From assembly GCA_905331485.1 (NCBI GenBank), contig CAJNYT010004754.1, forward strand, positions 77,906-107,385: DNA of 29,480 nucleotides, in the 5' to 3' direction. The first letter of the stretch is position 1. The number at the start of each line of letters is the position of its first letter. Position numbers and translations under genes: made by a program. This stretch comes from Rotaria socialis. Taxonomy: Eukaryota. Shown here one piece after another: positions 1-9,596 of this stretch. The notes beneath the pieces are model-generated. The model saw nothing but the letters and a program-made list of their open reading frames with translations, did not search any database and was not told the origin of the DNA.

Positions 1-1
1 A

Positions 2-385
2 AAAATTATAGCAAGTGCTCATTTACATAGAAGAAATTTAACCAATTATATGTCGGTTGCAGGAAAAGTTAAAAACTTTTTTCATTCAATTGGCATTCAC
101 TCGGTCACCATGCAATATGAACACGATGCTGATGATCCACTAACATCCTTTCCGACTCGAGACGTCGATACTCTATCGAAACTAACTGGCGATTGTTTAC
201 TTCGTTGTGAAAATAATTCATGTGAAACTCAAACATGTTGTACGATGAAATCAGTTCGTTCGAATGCATTATTACAGACTAATCAAATTATGCAAGTATC
301 TACTATTACTCCACCAAAACAACTTGATAATTCTCTACCGCATAATGTCTCAATCGATCTTTCATTCCGAAATGAAACATTCTAA
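2..385 (+). CDS. SLC30A1-like: 3' terminal exon (partial, enters from outside the window) of a ZnT1/SLC30A1-like zinc transporter, C-terminal cytoplasmic domain
   Basis: The frame is open from base 2 and reads KNIASAHLHRRNLTNYMSVAGKVKNFFHSIGIHSVTMQYEH...GDCLLRCENNSCETQTCC. This resembles the ZnT1 C-terminus (IIA.AHI...Y..VAK.IK..FH..GIH..T.QPEF, followed by a Cys-rich C...C....CC motif). Stop codon at 383-385. Confidence 0.8.
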   Translation, partial: KIIASAHLHRRNLTNYMSVAGKVKNFFHSIGIHSVTMQYEHDADDPLTSFPTRDVDTLSKLTGDCLLRCENNSCETQTCCTMKSVRSNALLQTNQIMQVSTITPPKQLDNSLPHNVSIDLSFRNETF

Positions 386-1179
386 GCTACTTTATTTTTA
401 TTGATTCAAAAAGTGTAAGTTTTGTCTAAATATTTTTTTTCTCCAGTAAGATTCCTTTCGTACAATAGTCACCGATGATTTCTTTCTGATAATGAAAATA
501 TATTGAACTAAAGCTGATACTGATCGTGAATGTGCATTCATGAATTTAGAATGCTCAAAGATAGGTCTAATATTAAAACAAACTGCATGCACCTAGTTGA
601 TTCAAATTTTATTTTTCTACTGAAACATTTGAAGGAACTCGTAAAATAATTAATCGTGCATTTCGTAAGTATTCGATATTCTGCTTTGAAAATACTTTAA
701 CGGCAATGCTTCGAATGGAATACATTGAAAAACAAATAGTACCACCATCAATTGATTTGTTCTTCTTACCTCAATACAATCGTGCTATTGTCTTCTTGAG
801 AACATTCACTTAGGTATCTATAGATAATTGTGAAAAACAATATTTCGAGTTTTATGATGATGAATTATCGTATTGATTTACGTCTTGTGTTTGAATGTAT
901 ACAGAAATGCTTTATCTTCAAGCAATTACGAAGCTCGATGCCTTTCGTTAAATTAGACACAAAGAGCAGTAGGTGATTTATTTTATGATAGTAGTAATTT
1001 TGACAATGAAAAATTCAAATCTTGTACAACTACTCAACAGTTTTTTTAAATATTATTTGATTCCGCTCATGGATATTTATTGTAGAATATATTAAAGTAC
1101 CATAGTAGGCATCTCTCGGTATTAAATATTGAATTATTTCAATTTTGAAGATACACGTTGCATATCATTTTTGATTTTA

Positions 1180-3140
1180 GCGAAATTTTGATATTTCAAT
1201 GATGACTGACGATAGATGTCATATGCCTCTCGATATTCTTCTAATGCTTTGCTTCATTTAGTCATGTCCTCAAATAGCTGGCCAATGGCTCTATGACGCG
1301 AAGCGATGTCTTGATGTTGCGGAGGAAGTGACTTCTTCCGAATTTCGAATGCTTTTACATAACATTCCATGGCACGTTGATACTGACCATCACCACGATA
1401 AACATCACCTAGCCCACTATGATTTAAAGCCATATCTGAATGATTAGCAGGTAAATATCTCCCTTGAATAGTCATGGATCGTTGAAAATTCCTGAAAGCA
1501 TCTGCGCACTGCTTTTGAGCACAATAAATATGAACGACGCCATGGTACAACGAAGCCATGTTTAGATGATCTGTAATATTTCCGAGTTTGTAGCATTTCA
1601 TTGCTTCTTTATAGTCCTTCTTTTCAAAAGAAATATTTCCAAACGAACAATGCAAGCCAGTGGTCATAACGTTTTCTATCTTTATACACCATGCCAAGTG
1701 AAAAACACAAGTTTGAAAACGCAGCATCATCGGAAGAATAACATTCTCGTAGATCCGAATATATTTTCTCTGCTTCATCATTTTCCCCCCATAAATTGTA
1801 GTACATCACCAAGTGATCGACGACCAACTTCTTTCTCACCACCGCCATAATCTTTCTTCAGACGATTGAACAGACTTTCCGAATCATTGTCATCATCACC
1901 TGCTAATTCCATTTTAATGTTCCAGATTTTGTCAGTATCATTTTTCATGCATGCTAACCAAACGAAAATATAGATCCAATCATAAATAATACTTCCAATT
2001 CATTACTAAAATAGCTGAGCGAGTGGATATCAGCGAATGGTTTTGATTTCACAGCCCTAGGATCTGCTTTAATGAGAAATAATATTCCATGTAAATCCCT
2101 GACAGCGGTCGAGTTGAGAAAAAAGAATTCATTGCTACTTCACGATTAGACGCAGTAGAAAAGAATGAATTAATCGAGATGTATTGACCGATCGATTTTT
2201 CAAGATTAACCAATTCTTGAGTTGATATTGTTTGATATCGATACACTTTAATAGGTTCTTGACATTGATTTTTTTCTAGTAGCTGACGTATGTCACGAAT
2301 TACGAAACGAAATAATGATAGGAGTTCAGTATTTTGTATTCGCAATGCTTTATTTAACATCTTGTATACAAATGTGTTACGCGTATACCACCATAGAGCT
2401 TTTCTAGATTGATAACTACGTTCAAAACCACGAATAATTTCTAGTTGAGGTTCGTTATCAGCATATTCATCTTTACAAAATTCAACGAGCTTCTGTTGGT
2501 CTGTTTTATTGGATGGTAATCTGATGAGAACGTCGATCAATAATAGAGAATGAATAAAATTACCATTAAGTTCTGTTGTTGATTTATCCGCATTGCTGCC
2601 AGCATTATAAATATTTATCGACATTGGTTCTTTCACTTTTCCTCGATCTTTTTGGTCTGCTTTAATTTGCAGAATGAGACTATCGAGTTGATTGTGAACG
2701 CGTTTTATCTTCGAAGAAGTGAATAAAGAAAATTAAATAATTTCTCAAAAAAAAGCAAAAGAGAAGAATATTTCATACTTTAGAATACTCTTTAGCCCAG
2801 CGTTTGCATGCCTTTGTATCCCAGCAATAGATACAAACAGAGGAGAGTTGTCGAAGATCATGAATCCTAGGAACTAATTTTTTGCTTAATCGACCACTGA
2901 TCATAAGAACAATTCGATCTTGTTCAGAACAAGACTTGATATATATTTTCTACAATCGTCGGGACCATGATATGTTTCAAGATGATTGATGATTGTACGC
3001 AGTTGTTTTTGGGCACTTTTGTTCTCGTCTGTTGTATTGCCTTGAGTATCAAGCCAAAGAAGAGAAAAAGTTTTCAAATTTTTCTTGCGTTTTCCGGTGG
3101 CTTTTGCCTTGGCAGCAGTCATATTTTGATCAATAGCACT
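1180..3140 (-). pseudogene. Decayed ADP-ribosyltransferase (ART) + TPR protein gene, paralog of the intact copy at 14248-16310
   Basis: Fragment ORFs 2901-3122, 2049-2636, 1624-1848 and 1254-1781 align in order with the intact paralog (FSLLWLDTQGNTTDENKSAQKQLRTIINHLE; MSINIYNAGSNADKSTTELNG; LWWYTRN; KVYRYQ; SINSFFSTAS; YLPANHSDMAL...GLGDVY). They are broken by several frameshifts, a deletion of roughly 80 bp and a premature stop. The intron (about 2709-2778) sits at the same position as in the intact copy. Confidence 0.88.
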
Positions 3141-4513
3141 ATTGAAATCAAATATTTTGGTAAAAATCTGCTGTCGTTATCGTTGTATTTATTCGACTTC
3201 GTATATTGTATCATCAGCCAACACTAATATTACCTTTTAATGAAGCTTCTTCTATCGTTTTTATCGTATAGGTGATCGCTGTTCTGTCTTGGCGGCAGAT
3301 GATAGACAGTTGAAATGTACAGATAAACAGATAGTACATTTGTTTACAATGAGTCATAGTAATAATTATTTGTGATTCATCTAGACGTGTTAACGATGCG
3401 ACTCGCTGAATCAAAAACAAAAATGCGATTGACGATCATTATGAAAAACGTCTCTTTTTTTCCGACTCGTAATGGTTACTTCTGTCATGTGATATAATGT
3501 AAATGAATGTGTTATTCTTTCAAATCGGTCTTATGAATGCGTTTGTTTATTTTTCTAGTAGTCACCTGCTTTAAAACATGAAAAAAAAAGACTAAAAGCT
3601 GGTCAACGTGTTACATAAACAAGAATTAAAAAATCTACAAGAAAGAATAGAATTCATTTAAACCGAGACTTGGATATAAGGTGTATTTCGACGATCTATT
3701 TTCTCACGATGAGCGTGTTTACTTGTATTCTAAGGACTGAATCGAAGATGAAATCTGTACCGGTCTATCTTGTTTCCGTTTTTCTTCTTCGTAATGGTGT
3801 AAAATGATATATACGTAGATGAGTATTAGAAAATTATTGAGCGACCAACCAGAACAGCTCTAGTGCTCTGGCCTGATGACGGTATGCGGTTGAAGCCAGT
3901 CCATAATATTTCACCTCTCATAGAATTTTTTTGAGCTACGACAATGACTTCTTAAATTGTTTTATTCAAATACAGGATACTCAGAGAAACTTTACAAAGT
4001 ATTTGATGGCCATGTAAAGTATTGACCTGTCTAGATGTTTGATTCGTTACATATGAGATTTCTTACATTCTGCACTGAATATCACATTGACTTAGATGAA
4101 GGTTGAATATGAAACTAAATTTATGCAAACTGAAAATGATGGAAATCTTTTTAATGATATGCTGAAAGTTAATGTTGACTTATTACGATGAAAATTTTAT
4201 TCAAAACATGTTGAAAAACTTCTATCTGCTATAGTAAAATAGCTAAAAAAGTGCACCTTCGAATTTCGATAAAGACATTTCGCATGCAGCCAGCTATTAA
4301 GACAAAAGTTTATTGAGGTTTCTTTTAAACTAAAGTAAAAAAAATGAATAAACCGAGCAAACTGATTAAATCTCTGAAGCCGAAATATTTATAAGAATCA
4401 GAGGCGTCGCATTGCTATTTTTTGTGTTTGAAGAAATGATTTTCTTATTATTCAATAAAAATCTCATAAAAAGAAATATAATTCTTTTTAAAGTCAATCA
4501 TATGGAAACGGTT

Positions 4514-6073
4514 TTAGGCAAAATCAGGTTTGTCAGCTGCTGCTATACGTTTAATAGTAACGTGGTTAAATCTTTTTGTCTTCTTCCCACGAGCAGCATG
4601 ATTATCAGCGTGTGTAGGTAGTTCAGAAAATTCAGCATCTTGTTTTACTCCCCATCCTTTTGATTTTTCCATAGTGTTTTCGTCAGGTTCATGGCGTATT
4701 TTTGGTTCAGTAAAACTGTTTGGATATTGCTCTTTATTGTGTCGACCATGATGCTGATCATCATAATGTTTTGATGGTCCAATGTTGTTTCTTGGCGCAA
4801 TATTAATTGAATTATGATTTCGTAGTGAAAATAATTGATCCATTTTATCGAGCGCTGTTTGTACAAATTGATCCGTCATTCTTCGTCTCTTCAATGGACG
4901 ATTAGATACCCCTCCGTATGCATTCTGTGCTGGCCACACACCACATTGAATATCTCTGATGCGTAGCGGAGACATGGTTGTTTCAGTATTCGTTTGTTTA
5001 TCTGTAACGTGAATAACATCACTGTTTGCTGACAGTGATGAACTATTGTGTATCGTTTCATATGGTACTGGTGACATGTAATTCGATCTAACATAATTAT
5101 TGATTTTTCCGAATTCATGATCTTGAATATATTCCGGCATGAATGAATTATTTTTATCCCCATTAGCGCCAACACGACCTTCCTTATAGCAATAAATGAA
5201 TAAGCAGAGTGTTGCAATTACCGTTACTAACATTACAACACTAACAGTTATGCCTAATACTTTCCATTGTGGGTTTGTAGTCGGATCTAAATTTAGTTTA
5301 ATTAATTAAAAAAAAATAAAATATGAAGAAAATATATGATTGGACTTACCCGTGATATACAAAATGAGGGAAGCTAGAAACCCAATAATGGCTGCAGAGC
5401 CAAGCACTATCATCGTTCCAAATAGAATTCCGCCTGTTAAACGTGTTAAGCCGTAACATAAGGGTTTCGACCAACATGAATCCTAAAACGAAACTAATTA
5501 TTAAGATTTAATCAGAAGAAAAAAAATCTAGCTCAACCTGTTTATCATTTTGCTGAAAGTCATCGTCCGTGTGCGCATCTTTAGAGAAAAAGAAATTCGT
5601 TTTAATATTTTTCACGAAGAAAAAGCAATGAATTTTACTGGTATGAAGATTTTGTGGCGCATATGATTGGTTTGGATGATAGCGATAGTTTGTATCCAGG
5701 CGTGAATGATTCATGTCCATTTGTGATGATGGAGCAACTGTTCGTGTTGATTGCATCTCTGATACAGTTCGAAAAGCTTATTTTTAGAGAAAAAAATTGA
5801 ATTCAATTAAAGAAAATCTAACTTCGATCACATACAATTATTTCGTGGAGCATGCGAATTCGAATTTGATGGCTGAGGCGCAATACGATTGTTTTTAAGT
5901 GAATTACTGTGAAATACGGCGTGATCATGATATTGTGAAGGCACGCTCATTGCTTGATTCGATTGTCCATGACTAAACACCGTTTGCTTCTGTTCGGGAT
6001 GTTGAAAACTTGTTCCTGACATTATTCTTGAAGGATTTGGATAATTAAATGACATTGGTTGTTGGCCATGCAT
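4514..6073 (-). CDS. Uncharacterised protein (~440 aa) with two predicted TM helices, 5 coding exons: 5836-6073, 5639-5776, 5538-5578, 5350-5482, 4514-5286
   Basis: Four short GT-AG introns (5777-5835, 5579-5638, 5483-5537, 5287-5349) with mutually consistent phases. The spliced product has a Q/N/S-rich N-terminus, then two hydrophobic segments (GGILFGTMIVLGSAAIIGFLASLILYIT and VLGITVSVVMLVTVIATLCLFIYCY), then a long polar/basic C-tail. No family recognised. The upstream 5' end is uncertain. Confidence 0.68.
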
Positions 6074-7411
6074 TTCTGAAATGAGACTAATGAAATATAA
6101 TTTCGGAATTTTTCTCACAAGAAGTTTATGATAACCGTAATGAATCTACATTTGAAACGTCTAGCATCAATTCATACCTTTTTAATGTGAAATATCATCG
6201 ACTGTTTTTTTTTTGGTCAATTCAATCAAAAAAGAAAACTAAAAAGTGATTGCTTTTTCTTTTTTCTTCATCTCAATCTAGATGAGGAAAAACAATGTGT
6301 GCTCCGATCCTTGTTTTTAAATTGATTATTTCTCCACACTCGCTTTAAAACAAATATACTAATTTGAATTTATTTCTGTGGAAAATGAATATTAATTTTA
6401 TGCATCCTGCATCTTGTAGGATCAATTGCATTCAACATTAATCCTCGACAAATCAATTTATAGATTTTGAAATATAGATATTATGCAAGACTGATGCTTT
6501 TAATTATGATATTGTAAGTATTCGTACGAATAATATAAAACAAAACAAGAAACAATCAGCTTTTGTACATCGAAAGAAATATTAAAGGCGACGACATGAC
6601 CTAAGCCAGTTCTTTGTCTTGTTGTCTATGCTGTAATAACGAAGTTATTAATAGAATGAATAGGACATTTCTGAACGTTACGATCGTTTTATATTTTTTA
6701 TCAAAAATAATAGCAGTACTAGAAAATAAATCTTTCAACTAAGTTTCTTTTATTTTCATTGTGCCACAGTTTTGGCATCTGTAGATGAATCGCTACAAGT
6801 AATCATATCGAAATTGAAAAATAAATTTGACGCGCATTTAAAAATCTGAAAGAACACATGTTTAATCATAGTGAATAGATTTTTTGAATATATACAATAA
6901 GGAAAAACTACTAATCATAGATACCGCAAGAATTTCGAACGAAAATACAGAAGAAGAAAAAAAGCTGATATTATTATGTATTGTCAACTTTGAAAAGGTT
7001 GTCTTGGTAGATGACTGGAGAAGAAATGAAAAATCGTAAATAAAAATTTTTATCAGACTTCATCTCTTGAGAAAGAAAAAGTTTTAAAATATTGCCACAA
7101 CTGAACGTCTATCATAATCAAAAACATGAGGTCTCGCTGCATTTATTTGAGGATGTAGATGAGATTTTAGGTATGAGAAAATAGAAACCGATACCATCAT
7201 TCTAATATCAAAGCGTATTTCAAGGCGCCGATGATTGTCACAAATCTTCCAAGTTAATGCAGAAGGGCTTTATGTTATGCGAGTAAAGAAAAATCTTTCC
7301 TCCACACCAAATCCCACTTAACCTATGATTCTCTAAATTAAGCCAGCGTCTAATACCTTCAATGAAGATCGCCATAATAATCAAACATTTAATCCCTGTG
7401 AATGAATATGC

Positions 7412-7419
7412 CTAAGAGT
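7412..7419. repeat. Left target-site duplication of hAT-like element 1 (CTAAGAGT; right copy CTAAGAGC at 8415-8422)
   Basis: 7 of 8 bases identical immediately outside both inverted termini. Confidence 0.7.
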
Positions 7420-8414
7420 CATAGGCGGTGGAACCACTAGGCTAGGGGAGGCTCAGTTATTTGAAAAAAATCCTGATGTCATCGTAATTCTATATTTGAT
7501 AAGTGAAAGCGGTTAGAAAATCGATGCTATTTTTTCTCCGAAGTAATGTTCAGTTCAGTCCGAGGATATATATGTTGCATGTTTTTGAAATATTTTCATT
7601 TATTAATGCTAGCGCCTCCTCTATGAAGATGAAGGGGAATAGTGAACGGCGTTATCTAAGATCAACAATGACCAGGGTTGTCGATTGTTTTTGACAAGTA
7701 GTGTGGGCTAAAAATTTCGCAGAAAATCTGAAAATTTTGACAGAAAATCTCGTCTCGCTTTTAGACAGTAACTGAGGAAATAATGGTGAATTTTTCGACT
7801 TTCTGCGATATTTTGTTGAAAAAAAGTGGTTTTATTTCTTTTTTTTTCAGAAAAATGGGGGAAAATGCTTAAAGGTCGGGTTTTCGCGAGAATTTCTTAC
7901 GAAATTTTTAAAATTTGGCAGAAAGAATTCAAAATTTTCGCAATAAATTTTCGCATATTTTTCAATTTTTGGGGGACTAGCCCCGTGCTCGGCAAACCTG
8001 GCAATGATACAACAGCGCTTTAATCATGTGCTTATCCCTCATGTTCATAAAGAAAAATTAGATCAGTTAGACTCGAACAGTAATCATTCTGATTTTATTG
8101 CAAAAAATCAGAGTAGAAAAGTCTTTTTTGAACGTGAATAATAGTTTTTGTACTTATGAATTTTTTATTTGCTTTAGTCAAGGTTTAAGATTTTTGATGC
8201 TTATGTTGATAATGAAATAAAAATTTTGATAGTGTAGTAGAATTCTCGATTGCTGTGAAGGTGTGCAAATGAGTCAGTGAAGAAAATGTTTTGAATGAAG
8301 GTTATAACCAAGAAATTTAAAATTCTGTTTTCTCCCTCTAATGTCGACTTTCTGTCGTTGTTTTTCAAAAACATTTTGAGCCTCCCCTAAATTAGAAACG
8401 TTCCGCTGCCTATG
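7420..8414. mobile_element. ~995 bp non-autonomous hAT-like DNA transposon (MITE-like), element 1
   Basis: Left end CATAGGCGGTGGAACCACTAGGCTAGGGGAGGCTCAG. Reverse complement of the right end is CATAGGCAGCGGAACGTTTCTAATTTAGGGGAGGCTCAAAA. 8-bp TSD-like flanks. The termini resemble the known hAT style (CAgrGGCGG..., then AGGGG). No transposase-like ORF inside. Confidence 0.8.
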
Positions 8415-8519
8415 CTAAGAGCAATAGTAGCGAAGTAACTACTATCTTTTTCCTGAAGAGAGAAATTATTCAAAATAAACATGATTTCATCTATTCATCG
8501 TTTGATATGGTAGCTCGTA

Positions 8520-8738
8520 GTGCTTCTAGCAATGATCGGTGTGACTGTTGGTGCTGCGGCAAAAGCGCAATGTCAAAAAACCTGTACTGGAAGGGCCGAT
8601 CTTCGTGCAGGTTTTTGTGCATCAATACCCGAAATGCATAGATTAGTACCAGCTATGACAACCAGAAAACAAGTACAAGCGATTTGTTATTCACAGCTTC
8701 ATATAAAAGGGATCGCGTGCCAAAACCGGTGTAATTGA
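8520..8738 (+). CDS. Possible terminal exon of a small secreted cysteine-rich protein
   Basis: Reads (LVV)LLAMIGVTVGAAAKAQCQKTCTGRADLRAGFCASIPEMHRLVPAMTTRKQVQAICYSQLHIKGIACQNRCN*: hydrophobic signal-like stretch with an AxA-like cleavage context, then 6 Cys. A possible acceptor (gatatggtag|CTCGTAGTG) lies just upstream. No in-frame ATG at the 5' end. Confidence 0.35.
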   Translation: MLLAMIGVTVGAAAKAQCQKTCTGRADLRAGFCASIPEMHRLVPAMTTRKQVQAICYSQLHIKGIACQNRCN

Positions 8739-9260
8739 TGGTTCTAATCTTCCTGAATATCATTTTAATATTTCACTGTTGTCTTGATATTCATTTTTGT
8801 TTTTGTGAGTGATAAAAAGGATACTTCAAACATAATAAATCAAGACTGAAGTGCCTTCATCTTCTGCAATTGATTCTTAGATACGATCGCAGATCCTAGT
8901 TTCACTATTTCCACTCATTCGGCACACTACTATCACACAACAGAATGCTGGATGGCCATTACGTGAATCGCTTGTTTTTTCTATATCTTTGCAGCCAACG
9001 AAATTATCTATAGATTTCAATAGAGTAAAGCAAAATCAACAGAAGAGTTTCTGCATTAATCACTTTTTCGGCATCAAGGCTCTCAAGTAATTATCATTAT
9101 TCAATGGAATTAATCTTTGTCAACTTCATCAAGTCTCAGTTGTTTTTCTCTACTCAACGTAAAATAGATGCAAGCAAAAATATATCAACGATTCATCCTT
9201 ATGCACTCACACCGCTATACGATTTTCTGTATCATATACCCAGGTCACTCAACTTGTGTC

Positions 9261-9417
9261 GTGCACGGCCGTTTGGTATGCACCGTATTACGGTCGTTAG
9301 TAACCGTTTACGACACGGCGAAATACGGCCGTCATACGGTGCATGCCAAAACGTCAAATTACGGCGATTTACGGTCCGAAACGTTATAAAACGGCAGTAT
9401 ACGTTGCCGTATGTGGC
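9261..9417. repeat. CCGT/ACGG-rich foldback with imperfect inverted repeat arms (about 9272-9294 and 9328-9350)
   Basis: tttggtatgcaccgtattacgg (left) versus tttggcatgcaccgtatgacgg (reverse complement of right), 20 of 22 matches. About 13 ACGG/CCGT tetramers in ~150 bp within an AT-rich region. Confidence 0.7.
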
Positions 9418-9596
9418 CCTTTACAATCGTATCAGGTCATCGTAATGTTCGACCTGGGTAAATATTGTCGCTTGCATTTGTATTTATTGAATAGTTAGTA
9501 ATTAAAATGTCAGAAAACTCATTGATTTTTTCAAATATTATAGCAATAAAAAATAGATAATAATTAAAACTAGTATGTTTTCTTCGTTGTCTGAAT

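Noticed and set aside
1566-1850. Plus-strand ORF opposite the ART-TPR pseudogene.
   Set aside because: Antisense by-product of the minus-strand remnant, with no recognisable domain.
9104-9445. 113-aa ORF across the CCGT/ACGG island.
   Set aside because: Reading frames here follow from the repetitive composition; no domain or plausible protein pattern.
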